A stretch of DNA of 64,000 bases from IMG/VR virus record IMGVR_UViG_3300047160_003616, positions 12,649-76,648 of that record; one strand, written 5' to 3'. This DNA is from a virus (Duplodnaviria > Caudoviricetes). The notes beneath the pieces were generated by a model. The model did no database searches. It was given only the letters and a program-made list of their open reading frames with translations, and had not been told where the DNA came from. Both the position numbers and the translations under genes were made by a program. This document shows, in pieces, positions 35,238 to 44,181 of the stretch; the stretch's first letter is position 1; each line of letters begins with the position of its first letter.

Positions 35238-36482
35238 TCATAACGCGGCCTGCCTCAGCTCGTGGCTGCCAGTGATCGAGGTGAAGTTGGTCAGCTCCCA
35301 GTTGAGCATGAAGGTGGTGATGTCGGAGCGCCGCGAGCCCAGGATGGTGGCCTTCATCTGACCGTTGCGGCGGATCTCGGCGTTACGCGACAGGGCCAGC
35401 GCCAAGTCCACTTCGCGCTCCACCTCGGCGGCGTCGGCGAAGGATTCCAGGGTGGGCTCGTCGTCCCCGCGGCGCATCTGACACGCCAGCATGCACGGGA
35501 TCTCAGACCCGCCCCGGGAGATCTCGGAGTGCAGCCGGTCTAACACGATGGCCCGGGTCTGCTTGGTGCTCACGGTGTCACGGCCGGGTTCCAGCCGGGA
35601 GAGCTGGTCGATGAGCAGGAAGTCTGCGCCCAGCTGGCGGGTACGCCCGATGAGCGAGGGCACCGTGCGGTCGCCGGGCTCGGGGCGCTCCACGAACACC
35701 CCGCCCAGGGAGCGCAGCTGGTTCTGGGCCTCCCAGAGCGTCTGGATGTCGTGGATGGGCAGCTCGTCACGCAGCAGCTTGTCGTAGCTGACCCCAGAGA
35801 AGAAGGCATCCAGGCGCTGCTGGATGTCTTTGAGGCTGACCTCCAAGGTGAAGATCACCGGCCGGAAGCCCTCGCGCACCGCGGCGATGGCGGCGTTGCA
35901 GAGGAACATGGTCTTGCCGGTCTTGGCCACCGCACCGATGGCGGCCAGCTCGCCGGGGCGGATGCGCCCGGTGAACTCGTCCAGCATCTGTACGCCGTAG
36001 GGGGCGGCCCCGGCCGTCGGGCCCGCATCGGCCTGGCCGTACCAGCCCCGGCGTTCCTCGATGTTGTCGGCCATGTTGACCCTCGTCAGTCGCGGAGTGA
36101 TGATCTCGGAGGCCGCGTAGGCCTCGGCGTAAAGAATCTTGAGCGCGCCCTCGGGGTCCAGATGCGAGTCCCCGGCGGCCTTGCGCAGCATGTCTTGGAG
36201 CTGGTTGGTGATGAAGCGCCGTCGCAGCAGCGCCACCAACTCAAAGGTCTCCTCCTCGACGTTCTCCGCGGGCTTGTAACCGCCGCCGAACTCCTGCTCC
36301 AACACCCAGGCCGTGGGCGCGGCCCGGCGGCGCGAGTCGTCCCAGTAGCCGTGGGTGAAGACGTAGACGGCCTGATAGATCGGCTCCTCAAACCACTCCG
36401 GGCGCACGCCCATCTGATCGGCCTCGGCAATGGCCTCGGCGGACAGCATCTTGCCCAGCAAGCGGCGCTCGACATCGCTCAT
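35238..36482 (-). CDS. dnaB: DnaB-like replicative helicase
   Basis: AVAKTGKT, FTLE, LIDQL, ACQMRR, DAAEVEREVD. Confidence 0.9.
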   Translation of the reverse strand: MSDVERRLLGKMLSAEAIAEADQMGVRPEWFEEPIYQAVYVFTHGYWDDSRRRAAPTAWVLEQEFGGGYKPAENVEEETFELVALLRRRFITNQLQDMLRKAAGDSHLDPEGALKILYAEAYAASEIITPRLTRVNMADNIEERRGWYGQADAGPTAGAAPYGVQMLDEFTGRIRPGELAAIGAVAKTGKTMFLCNAAIAAVREGFRPVIFTLEVSLKDIQQRLDAFFSGVSYDKLLRDELPIHDIQTLWEAQNQLRSLGGVFVERPEPGDRTVPSLIGRTRQLGADFLLIDQLSRLEPGRDTVSTKQTRAIVLDRLHSEISRGGSEIPCMLACQMRRGDDEPTLESFADAAEVEREVDLALALSRNAEIRRNGQMKATILGSRRSDITTFMLNWELTNFTSITGSHELRQAAL

Positions 36483-36550
36483 GGGGCCCCTGGTTGACCT
36501 ATAGAAGAAGTGAAAAGCTCAGTCTACCAGAGGGGTCCGACAAAAAACCG

Positions 36551-37165
36551 TTACGACACGCTCTCCGCGCCGACATTGGCGAAGGCCTTCTCGCCGAACT
36601 CCTCCAACAGGATCTTGGCCATGATCGAGTGCAAGTCATCCTCGCGCAAGTTGCCGCGGCGATAACAGGAGAGGGCGATCTCGCGGATGATGGGCAGGGT
36701 GAACCGGCGCTTGCCCAGCGTGCCCTCGGCGCGCTCGGGCTGGATCGGGGAGCCGTCCTTGTAGGTGAAGATGTTCTTGCGCAGCCCCCAGTAGAGCCAC
36801 TGGTTGGACTTGCCGAAGAAGTTGGCGGCCTGGGAGGTGGAGTACACCTTCTCCACGCCGGTCATCAGCACGTCGTCATCGAACTGCTCGGCGATGGCGA
36901 TGCGCTTGAACTCGTCCCACTGGCGCTGCACCTCCGCGGGGGTCTCCCGCGGGGTCTGCGACCACTCGTAGCCCCAGTCGTCGTCGCGGTAACCGTTGTA
37001 CTGTGCCGGGTCCTCGGGGCCCCCTTCGGGGGCCCGGGGCTCTGGGTGGTAGTCCTTCTCGGGCCAGTCGCCGTAGACCGGGTTGCCCTCGGCGTCGGTG
37101 CGCAATGGGACCTCGACGGCCTCCCCGGCCTCGCCGGGGACCGTGTCATCAAATTGGACGGTCAT
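36551..37165 (-). CDS. MerR/Xis-like HTH DNA-binding protein
   Basis: YSTSQAANFFGKSNQWLYW...RRFTLPII. Confidence 0.7.
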   Translation of the reverse strand: MTVQFDDTVPGEAGEAVEVPLRTDAEGNPVYGDWPEKDYHPEPRAPEGGPEDPAQYNGYRDDDWGYEWSQTPRETPAEVQRQWDEFKRIAIAEQFDDDVLMTGVEKVYSTSQAANFFGKSNQWLYWGLRKNIFTYKDGSPIQPERAEGTLGKRRFTLPIIREIALSCYRRGNLREDDLHSIMAKILLEEFGEKAFANVGAESVS

Positions 37166-37178
37166 GCTCACTCCTGGG

Positions 37179-37832
37179 TCACCTGATGTGGAAGGACGAA
37201 GGGGTGTGGCCCACCGAGATGATCGAGGCACGCACGGCCTCCATCACGTTGGGGTCTTTGACCACCAGCTTGGTCAGGGCCTTTTCGTCCAGCTTGGTCT
37301 CGGTCTTGACCACCTGCTTGAACACCTTGGCCGAGTACTCGTCGCCGAGTAGTTTGCGCAGCTTGTCGTAGTCCAGGTTGAGCTTGGGCTTGCCGCCCTC
37401 CCGGGTGAACTTCTTACCCAGCGCGGGCACCTCGGCCTCCCCGGCGGCATAGCCGGGGTCGGGCACCGCGTCGGCGATGTTGGCCGCGGTGATGTGCGCG
37501 AACACCCGGGCCCTCCGCGCCTCATAGCGCAGCTTGATCAGGTCCACCAGCTCCTGAAAGTCCAGCTGCTCGGTCATCATGGCGGCCAGCTGCTCCTCGG
37601 TACAGGGCTCCTCGGACTCGGCGTCAATCGGGTTGGCCAGCATGGTCTCCACCAGCCCGGAGAGCTTTTTGGTCAGCTCGGCCAGCCGCACGATGTCGAC
37701 CTTGTCCAGGGCATTCTGCAGCTCGGTGCGGCGCTGCTCGGCCGAGAGCTGTTTCTCCGGTGCCGCGGCGGCCTCCTCGGCCAGCGCCTCGTAAGCGTCG
37801 ACCACGGCTTCCAGTTCTTCATTGATGGTCAT
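37179..37832 (-). CDS. Coiled-coil hypothetical protein
   Basis: 217 aa; GAGGTAA upstream. Confidence 0.7.
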   Translation of the reverse strand: MTINEELEAVVDAYEALAEEAAAAPEKQLSAEQRRTELQNALDKVDIVRLAELTKKLSGLVETMLANPIDAESEEPCTEEQLAAMMTEQLDFQELVDLIKLRYEARRARVFAHITAANIADAVPDPGYAAGEAEVPALGKKFTREGGKPKLNLDYDKLRKLLGDEYSAKVFKQVVKTETKLDEKALTKLVVKDPNVMEAVRASIISVGHTPSSFHIR

Positions 37833-37932
37833 CAGTTATTACCTCTTCTCGTTTCTTATTCTACGTCACAGAGCTATAGAACATTCCAAGAAGAGGGGTA
37901 TGGAACAAGTCACACAGGTGTGAGCCGGGTCA

Positions 37933-38223
37933 TCATCGTCCTCCCCGGCGGGTCTCGTCCAGGCGTTTGCGCACCTCCACGATGACCTGCTCCAACACTA
38001 GCGAGGTCACCTTGGACAGGTCTTCGTAACGCAGCACCACCTCGGCCTCGGTGGGCACCCCGTTCCACCACACCGCGGCCTCAGAGCCGGGTTTCAACCA
38101 ATCCGTGGCCTGGCCGGTGGCGTCATAGACGGTCACCGTGGCGTCCATGCGCAGGCGTAGCTCCATGCGCTGCACCTGGACGGGTTCCAGGTTGTCGGGG
38201 ATGCTCACGACGAGCGTTCCCAT
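37933..38223 (-). CDS. Hypothetical protein
   Basis: 96 aa. Confidence 0.6.
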   Translation of the reverse strand: MGTLVVSIPDNLEPVQVQRMELRLRMDATVTVYDATGQATDWLKPGSEAAVWWNGVPTEAEVVLRYEDLSKVTSLVLEQVIVEVRKRLDETRRGGR

Positions 38224-38375
38224 TCAGGACGACCCTTGTTGTCCAGCCAGTGATTCTGACGGTGATTGTGTAGCCAGAGCTTGGTTTTCTTGTCCTCGCG
38301 GGGGCCGGTGTAGCGCTCCTTGCAGGTGGAGCATTCAAACATCTCCACCGGCCCCAGGTGCTTGATATTGCCCAT
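38205..38375 (-). CDS. 56 aa C2H2-like Zn-finger protein
   Basis: FECSTC...HRQNH; TAATG overlap. Confidence 0.6.
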   Translation of the reverse strand: MGNIKHLGPVEMFECSTCKERYTGPREDKKTKLWLHNHRQNHWLDNKGRPEWERSS

Positions 38376-38734
38376 TACTGGCCTCGGTGCGAGGTGTCGC
38401 CGTCCACCGCGTCGAACACCGGTGTGCTGCGCTGATCGCCGAAGATGACGCCCACCAGGAAGCCCTCCATGTAGGCGCTGGCCAGGTTGGTCAGCTTGCT
38501 TGACTCGACCCCGGCCGGGCCGTCGGGGTTGGTGCCCTCCCAGTCCATGTGCTCGCGCATCACCTTGGCCCGCTGGATGGCCCAGGCGAATGCCGCGTCC
38601 TCGTTGATGCGCAGCGCGGCCAGCACCTGGGGCAGGGTGGCGTTGTCGGGCATGGAGTCCTTGGCCGCGTGGATGCGGTGATAGTCCGGGTGATCGGACT
38701 GATCGGGGACACTGATCTTCTTGGACTCGGCCAT
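38375..38734 (-). CDS. Hypothetical protein
   Basis: MAESKK start, TAATG overlap. Confidence 0.65.
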   Translation of the reverse strand: MAESKKISVPDQSDHPDYHRIHAAKDSMPDNATLPQVLAALRINEDAAFAWAIQRAKVMREHMDWEGTNPDGPAGVESSKLTNLASAYMEGFLVGVIFGDQRSTPVFDAVDGDTSHRGQ

Positions 38735-39651
38735 TACAGCTCCTTCATCCGGTGCTGGCCGCAATCGCCGAACACCTGCTCCCACAGCTCATCCATGGCC
38801 GAGGGCACGGCGGCCGAGGCCCAGCCGCGGGCGTTGGCGATGGGGCCCGCCACGTCCTCGGGGCCGATCACCAGCCCACCCAGGTCGACGGCCTTACCCG
38901 CCTTAAGGGCCTCGCGCATCTGACCCTGGGCGGCCACCGTCTTCATCTGGAACTCCCACTGCTCCTTCTCGGTCAACAGGACCGCGCCCTTGTCGATCAG
39001 GGCCTGCGGCATGTGCTCCTTGGCCTTCAGGAAGGCGCTGACGAACCAGTCGGGCACATCGGTGTCCCGCTGCTCGATGGGGGCCCCCAGGACCAGCACA
39101 GGCCCACACAAGGGGTCCTCGGTGTCATGGGTGACCCGGTACATCGCAGTGGCGATAGGGTTACGCGGGCGCTCGTAGAGCGCCTGACCATAGCAGTAGT
39201 ACACCACCTCGCCGACATCCGACCAGTCCATGTCGGTGGCACCGATGGCGTCGTGCATGTCGTCTAACCCGCGAATGTCGCGGAACTCGTAGCTGCCGTT
39301 GGGCTGGATGAGCAGCCCGCAGACGCCCTCGTACTCCTTGGCCTCGGTGGTGAACTGCTGGGTCTCGATGTTGAACGCCGTCAGCGGCCGGTTGGGCTCA
39401 CCGTCGTCGCGCACCGGCTCGCGCTCATCGACCTGCCGCCAATACGCCTGGGCCTCCTCGTCGGAGGCAAAGCGGCGGGCCTCGCGCCAGGTGGGGGAGA
39501 CCACCAGATGACACTTGGGCAGCGGGATGTCGGTGCCCGGCACCACGCCGGGACGGCTGGGGTCATACTCCACCACGTACTGGCCGTCGACCAGCGACTT
39601 CTCGGTGCCGCTGACTAGGCTGAGCAGCTGGATCACCCAGAACTCACTCAT
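38734..39651 (-). CDS. Two-domain hypothetical protein (DUF3846-like central part)
   Basis: LLIQPNG...L..M...IG...RN.IAT...L.GPVLVLG. Confidence 0.65.
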   Translation of the reverse strand: MSEFWVIQLLSLVSGTEKSLVDGQYVVEYDPSRPGVVPGTDIPLPKCHLVVSPTWREARRFASDEEAQAYWRQVDEREPVRDDGEPNRPLTAFNIETQQFTTEAKEYEGVCGLLIQPNGSYEFRDIRGLDDMHDAIGATDMDWSDVGEVVYYCYGQALYERPRNPIATAMYRVTHDTEDPLCGPVLVLGAPIEQRDTDVPDWFVSAFLKAKEHMPQALIDKGAVLLTEKEQWEFQMKTVAAQGQMREALKAGKAVDLGGLVIGPEDVAGPIANARGWASAAVPSAMDELWEQVFGDCGQHRMKEL

Positions 39652-39823
39652 CGAGTACCCCCTGATATTCCAGCAGCTCGCCCAGGCCCTGGGCCATCTC
39701 GATGGCCTCGGGGTGCTCAGTGAAGAAGTGCCGCCCCAGCTCGGTGTCTAACACCAGCTCACCGGCCTTGGGCACCGGGAACTCCCGGTGGCACAGGTTG
39801 CAGTGCGCCCGGCGCTCAGCCAT
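39644..39823 (-). CDS. C2H2-like Zn-finger protein
   Basis: HCNLC...HFFTEH. Confidence 0.6.
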   Translation of the reverse strand: MAERRAHCNLCHREFPVPKAGELVLDTELGRHFFTEHPEAIEMAQGLGELLEYQGVLDE

Positions 39824-40196
39824 TGGGGGCCGCCTTGATGGCCTGGGAGATCTCCCAGAGCGTCTTGGCGTCGGCGAACAGGTTCTGCTCGATGGTGGTC
39901 AGCGAGTCATAGAACGCCTCACGGTTGTCGATGGGGGCCCAGTAGGCACACAGCAACAGCAGCGCCTGACCGACGAAGCCGATGGTCAGGTGCTCGGTGC
40001 GCTCCTCGGTCTGGCGCAGCGTGCTGCGCAACGCCACGATGGGGGTCTCACCACCACGGCGGGCCAAAAACTCCTCGGCGCTCTCAGCCCAGACCTCGGT
40101 GAACCGCAGCAGCTTGTCGGCTTCGGGGGCCGGGTCGGCGGCAAAGGCCGCCCGCTGCAGCTGCCACTCGGCCTGATCATGCACTCTCATCGTCAT
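39816..40196 (-). CDS. Hypothetical protein
   Basis: 126 aa; GAGGAGG upstream. Confidence 0.65.
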   Translation of the reverse strand: MTMRVHDQAEWQLQRAAFAADPAPEADKLLRFTEVWAESAEEFLARRGGETPIVALRSTLRQTEERTEHLTIGFVGQALLLLCAYWAPIDNREAFYDSLTTIEQNLFADAKTLWEISQAIKAAPNG

Positions 40197-40332
40197 CCTC
40201 CTCTTGGGGCACGGTCACGACATGGTCGGGATTGCCGTCGATATGGCGGTCGACGGCAGTCTCGACAAACTCCGCGCTCGATGACACCACCATCCACTGA
40301 CAGGTGGTGCAATCGGCACGGAAGGTATTCAT
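40177..40332 (-). CDS. C2H2-like Zn-finger protein
   Basis: FRADCTTC...RHIDGNPDH. Confidence 0.6.
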   Translation of the reverse strand: MNTFRADCTTCQWMVVSSSAEFVETAVDRHIDGNPDHVVTVPQEEDDDESA

Positions 40333-40551
40333 TTACTCAGCCTTCGGCCAGATGGGGTCGGTGTGCAGGTTCTTCCCGAGGCGCTTGCCGCCGCGGGCCC
40401 CGCCACACGCCATACAGGCCGCATAGATCGGCATGCCGTTCACGAACTCGTGCGTCTTGGGCACGTTGCCCTCAAACACACTCGGGTCGCGGAACAGCTC
40501 AAAGCCTTCGTTGGCCATCCGGCGCAAGAAGACATCAGATGATGCACTCAT
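40333..40551 (-). CDS. Hypothetical protein (CMAC...H)
   Basis: CAACCAGGAGG upstream. Confidence 0.65.
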   Translation of the reverse strand: MSASSDVFLRRMANEGFELFRDPSVFEGNVPKTHEFVNGMPIYAACMACGGARGGKRLGKNLHTDPIWPKAE

Positions 40552-40595
40552 GATTCATTCCTCCTGGTTGTTGGTCCTGCCATCCTAGCAGGTCT

Positions 40596-40622
40596 AACCT
40601 ATAGCGTTTGTGAAATTATTCC
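40596..40622 (-). promoter_or_regulatory. ECF-type promoter GGAAT-N19-GTT
   Basis: GGAAT 40622-18, GTT 40598-96; spacer contains CGCTATAG. Confidence 0.55.
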
Positions 40623-40840
40623 TCACCTAGGCGTTCCTCCGCCCACCAGCCATCAAAGCAGCACTCGCACAAGATCCCGATGCCACCGACGTGGGCGAAG
40701 CCGGTGTCATTGCAGCGCACACAGGGGTGCGCGCTGGCCAACGCCCGGGCGGCATGGCGGAACCGGCGGTCCTCCTTGGGACCGTGGTGCCATTCCCGCG
40801 GACGCTTCTTGTGCTTGGGTTTTTGGTGAGACAATCTCAA
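40616..40840 (-). CDS. Small Zn-binding protein
   Basis: CVRCNDTG...CECC; TTG start assumed. Confidence 0.5.
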   Translation of the reverse strand: MRLSHQKPKHKKRPREWHHGPKEDRRFRHAARALASAHPCVRCNDTGFAHVGGIGILCECCFDGWWAEERLGEE

Positions 40841-40850
40841 CCCACCTCGG

Positions 40851-41063
40851 TCATCGTCCCCACCCCGGCGTGCCCGGTGGCGGCGGCTGGTTGGTCTGCC
40901 ACGGGCCCCAGCCCGGTTGATTGGCCGGGGGGTACGGGGCACAGATCTGGTGCGCCGGGTCGTAGAACTGCCCGGGGTCGCAGGCATAGGCCTTGGCAGC
41001 CAGTATTCCGGCCAGGAAGGCCAGCAGGATCGGCAATACAACCACGATGAGATGACGCTTCAT
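40851..41063 (-). CDS. Small secreted protein
   Basis: Signal peptide (AKA-YA), CDPGQFYDPAHQIC. Confidence 0.7.
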   Translation of the reverse strand: MKRHLIVVVLPILLAFLAGILAAKAYACDPGQFYDPAHQICAPYPPANQPGWGPWQTNQPPPPGTPGWGR

Positions 41064-41260
41064 TCGTTCTCCTCCTCTAGATAGCGCCGGTAGTCCTCGG
41101 CCTCGGTGGCCAGCTGCTCGACACTCTGCACGATGGTGGTGGTGGACAGATCCAGTGCGGGCTCGTCCACAATGACCGCCCGGATCGCGTCAGCGATCCG
41201 GTCCTCAGCCATCACCATCTGATCGAAGCCGTCGTCCTCCTGCAACAGGATCACCCTCAT
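41060..41260 (-). CDS. Hypothetical protein
   Basis: ATGA overlaps. Confidence 0.6.
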   Translation of the reverse strand: MRVILLQEDDGFDQMVMAEDRIADAIRAVIVDEPALDLSTTTIVQSVEQLATEAEDYRRYLEEENE

Positions 41261-41601
41261 GACTCACCCTCCTCCGGGCCCCCTTCGGGGGCCCCCCAGT
41301 CGGTGTCCTCGTCCCAGTCGGGGATGTCGAAGTCCAGCCCGGCCAGGGTGTCGGGCACCGGGCTGTAGTCGGCCATCTTGGCCAGCCGGTCCACCGCGGC
41401 GGCGGCCATGGTGATTACCATGCGCGGGGAGCTGTGTGCCATCCGAGACAGCAGGTCGGTAAAGGCCGCGGCGGGGTCGAACTTCTCGCCGTGACGCTCG
41501 GCCTTGCGGCCGAGGGACGCCCGCCAGTCATTGACGACCTCGTCCAGGCTCTCCTGCAGCAGGGCGTAGCCCTGGTCCAGGGAATCGGTGTTTTTGGCCA
41601 T
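41257..41601 (-). CDS. Hypothetical protein
   Basis: 114 aa. Confidence 0.65.
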   Translation of the reverse strand: MAKNTDSLDQGYALLQESLDEVVNDWRASLGRKAERHGEKFDPAAAFTDLLSRMAHSSPRMVITMAAAAVDRLAKMADYSPVPDTLAGLDFDIPDWDEDTDWGAPEGGPEEGES

Positions 41602-41602
41602 G

Positions 41603-41851
41603 TCAGGCCTCTTTCTCTTTCTTCAGCTCTTTGATGACCTTGAACAGCCCCCAGCCGATGACCTCATCTTCGGGGGTGGCGGCGACATCTATCGCCTCCA
41701 AGGTCGTTCGGAAGGCCGATTCGGTCAGTGCCTCGCCCTGCTCGGGGGTTCCCCCCAGGGAGTCCAGCAGGTCGGTGTTGGCCGACGTGATCAGCCGGGC
41801 GAACTTGGTTTCGTTGGCTACCCGAACGAACTCGGGTGGTGTGGTGCTCAT
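41603..41851 (-). CDS. Hypothetical protein
   Basis: CAACCAGAAAGG upstream of MSTTPP. Confidence 0.65.
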   Translation of the reverse strand: MSTTPPEFVRVANETKFARLITSANTDLLDSLGGTPEQGEALTESAFRTTLEAIDVAATPEDEVIGWGLFKVIKELKKEKEA

Positions 41852-41900
41852 GTCGATTCCTTTCTGGTTGGGGTGGCCGCTGTAGCGCGGCACCGATTGT

Positions 41901-42293
41901 CTAACTATCGAGATCGCGGGAGGAGAACGACGGGCAGAAGTGGAACTCCGCGCCGCCCAGCATGGCGACCTGCTGATGGACGGTGTAGCCGTCCGGGCTT
42001 TGTTCGAGATGCCAGAGCACCTGACGTTGGGTGTAGCCCAAAGCCCGCTCGGCGCACAGCCGTCCTGAGAGATCTCTGGCGTTGTGCACGTCCTCGTGGT
42101 TGAGCCCGGCCATCCTCAGCTCATCCCGGTAGGCGAACGGGTCACCGTCGCCCTTGTACCCGTAGATGGCAAAGTCTTCCGAGTCGGCGTGCGCCGTGCC
42201 GATGGTGCCGAGGCCGAGGCCGCCGACGAGTCCAGCGATCAGGGGTGCCGCGAGCACGATCTTGCGCCATGTGAACGGTGAGGCAATTTTCAT
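41901..42293 (-). CDS. DUF732-like secreted mycobacterial protein
   Basis: Signal peptide AHA-D, L..AG, G.LC...A.G, F...FCP pattern. Confidence 0.7.
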   Translation of the reverse strand: MKIASPFTWRKIVLAAPLIAGLVGGLGLGTIGTAHADSEDFAIYGYKGDGDPFAYRDELRMAGLNHEDVHNARDLSGRLCAERALGYTQRQVLWHLEQSPDGYTVHQQVAMLGGAEFHFCPSFSSRDLDS

Positions 42294-42432
42294 TTCGATT
42301 CCTTTCTCACGTCCCGCTTCCAGGCGGAACGGTTTCCCTTACCGGGCCTGGTGAGTTCCCGATGGCGATTGCGGTGGGGCACCGCCGCATTGCTGCGGCG
42401 CAGTTCTTGTCGTGCCCGCAGGCGTTCGGTGG

Positions 42433-42981
42433 TCATTTCGCTTCCTTCTTGGTCTCGGCCATGGCCTCCTGCAGAATCCCGCGGGCAATGCCCGAGACAC
42501 TCAGCCCGTCCTTGGCCAGCTCCACGGCCACCCGCAGCGCCTTGCGCGCCTCGTAGTAGCGGCCATGGTTGGTGGAAAACAGCACGTCGTACTTGTCCTC
42601 GCCGCCATAGGGGCCGTAGTCCTTGGCCTCGCCGGTGGGGCAGCCCTCGATGCAGAGGGCGTCGGAGTTGCGATGCTCGTAGGCGCAGAACGTCCAGTTG
42701 CCCACGGTCACGGTCAGCCCGTATTCGCGGCAGTTCTCAAACGTACCGAACTCCACGGCGTCGGGGTTCTTGTAGAACCAGTCGCAGACCCCGCACTCGC
42801 CGAACAGCTTGTCGGCGATGTGGAAATTCTCCCGGCTGGTAGCCACCTGATCACGGGTGTCGGGCAGGAAATCGGGCTGATGGCCCAACACCGCCGCGTG
42901 ATTCCTGGTGCTGATGGCGTACTGCTCGTCAATCGCCGCGCTCAGCGCGACGGCGTACTTCTGCATGATTTTGTTGCTCAT
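42433..42981 (-). CDS. Hypothetical protein
   Basis: 182 aa; GAAAGGA upstream. Confidence 0.7.
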   Translation of the reverse strand: MSNKIMQKYAVALSAAIDEQYAISTRNHAAVLGHQPDFLPDTRDQVATSRENFHIADKLFGECGVCDWFYKNPDAVEFGTFENCREYGLTVTVGNWTFCAYEHRNSDALCIEGCPTGEAKDYGPYGGEDKYDVLFSTNHGRYYEARKALRVAVELAKDGLSVSGIARGILQEAMAETKKEAK

Positions 42982-43014
42982 GATCGTGGTCCTTTCGTAG
43001 TTCCTAGTCTATAC

Positions 43015-43040
43015 AACAGTAACTAGGGCTAGTTTGTTCC
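43015..43040 (-). promoter_or_regulatory. ECF-type promoter GGAAC-N18-GTT containing the palindrome AACTAGGGCTAGTT
   Basis: GGAAC 43040-36, GTT 43017-15. Confidence 0.65.
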
Positions 43041-43241
43041 CTACTCCGCCCGCTCTATCGGGAGGGCGACGGTCTTCATGTAGTCGCCGTTGCGCTTGAG
43101 GGCGAACTCGATCTCCTCGCCCCAGATCCGACGGGAGATGACCGGGCGGTTATTGAGGTCCCAGCCGACCCAGCTCACGCCGTCCTTCTCGATCTCGCGC
43201 TTCTGCGCATCGCTGAGCCGACGGCCCTTCTGGCGGCTCAT
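43041..43241 (-). CDS. Hypothetical protein
   Basis: 66 aa; ATGA overlap. Confidence 0.6.
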   Translation of the reverse strand: MSRQKGRRLSDAQKREIEKDGVSWVGWDLNNRPVISRRIWGEEIEFALKRNGDYMKTVALPIERAE

Positions 43242-43681
43242 GACGCCAACACCACCCGCTCGTCCCAGGCCGCCTCGATGTAGGAGCCGTTGGGGCCGTG
43301 GATGCGCAGTACGCCCGCGCCGGTGACGGCGTTGACCAGGCCCAGGTTGGCGAGGAAGTCACCCGGCATGACGTTGTTGGCCTGCCGGGTGCGCAGAGTG
43401 ACGGTGGCCGCGGGCTCGGTCAGGTTTTCTAGCTCGGACTCGTAGTAGGTCGGGTCGTAGTCGACGGTGACGATGTGGCCCAGCTTGGCGTCCTGGTAGT
43501 TGCCGCCGTCGGGGAAATGCACGGTGTAGCGGTCAGAGTCGTAAGGGTTGGCGACAACCTCGCCGCACTGCATGAAGCCGACGGTGCCGATGTTGCCGTG
43601 AACGACGCGCACGGTGTCACCGATGTGGATGCGCCCGCAGTTGAGCGCCTGGCAGTTGGTGGGGGTGTGGATTGCGTTCAT
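43238..43681 (-). CDS. Hypothetical protein (SH3-like repeats possible)
   Basis: CAACCAGGAGG upstream of MNAIHT. Confidence 0.65.
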   Translation of the reverse strand: MNAIHTPTNCQALNCGRIHIGDTVRVVHGNIGTVGFMQCGEVVANPYDSDRYTVHFPDGGNYQDAKLGHIVTVDYDPTYYESELENLTEPAATVTLRTRQANNVMPGDFLANLGLVNAVTGAGVLRIHGPNGSYIEAAWDERVVLAS

Positions 43682-43717
43682 GGTGGTCCTCCTGGTTGAA
43701 GCGTTCATAACAAGTAG

Positions 43718-43743
43718 AACAAGAACTAGGGCTAGTTTATTCC
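43718..43743 (-). promoter_or_regulatory. ECF-type promoter GGAAT-N18-GTT with the same palindrome
   Basis: GGAAT 43743-39, GTT 43720-18; near-identical to 43015-43040. Confidence 0.65.
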
Positions 43744-43764
43744 CTAGCCCTAGCCTCATTCTTA

Positions 43765-44109
43765 TTAGTCGCCGTAGAGGTCGCGGATGACCTTGTTCAG
43801 CCCGCCCGGATTGGCCAGGGCGGCCTCAGCGACCTTTTTGGCCGCCGCGGCCAGGGCCGCGGCCACGGACTCGACGCCCTCCATGTCGGAGAACAGCTGC
43901 CACTCCTGGGCGGTGGCCGGGATGGCCTTGAAGGTGAAGTTGCCCCGGTGGTCGCGGATGTCGTAGAGCATCTGGCCGAAGTTGGCGCGGGGCTCGGTGT
44001 CGCACGCCCCGAACTCGGAGAACTCCTCGGTGACGGCGAAGAACTCGTCTACGACTGCACGCACGGAGGGGCGGTTGAAGGGGATGACGTTATTGGGGGT
44101 CTTTTTCAT
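43765..44109 (-). CDS. Hypothetical protein
   Basis: 114 aa; CAACCAGGA upstream. Confidence 0.7.
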   Translation of the reverse strand: MKKTPNNVIPFNRPSVRAVVDEFFAVTEEFSEFGACDTEPRANFGQMLYDIRDHRGNFTFKAIPATAQEWQLFSDMEGVESVAAALAAAAKKVAEAALANPGGLNKVIRDLYGD

Positions 44110-44148
44110 GGTGGTCTCGATTCCTGGTTGGTGTCGTACCTACTATGT

Positions 44149-44174
44149 AACAACCTATAGCGAAATTATATTCC
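44149..44174 (-). promoter_or_regulatory. ECF-type promoter GGAAT-N18-GTT
   Basis: GGAAT 44174-70, GTT 44151-49. Confidence 0.6.
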
Positions 44175-44181
44175 AGGCTTC

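Noticed and set aside
28735-36482. Inteins in DnaE or DnaB
   Set aside because: Lengths are normal and no C1...HN splice motifs or LAGLIDADG blocks were seen
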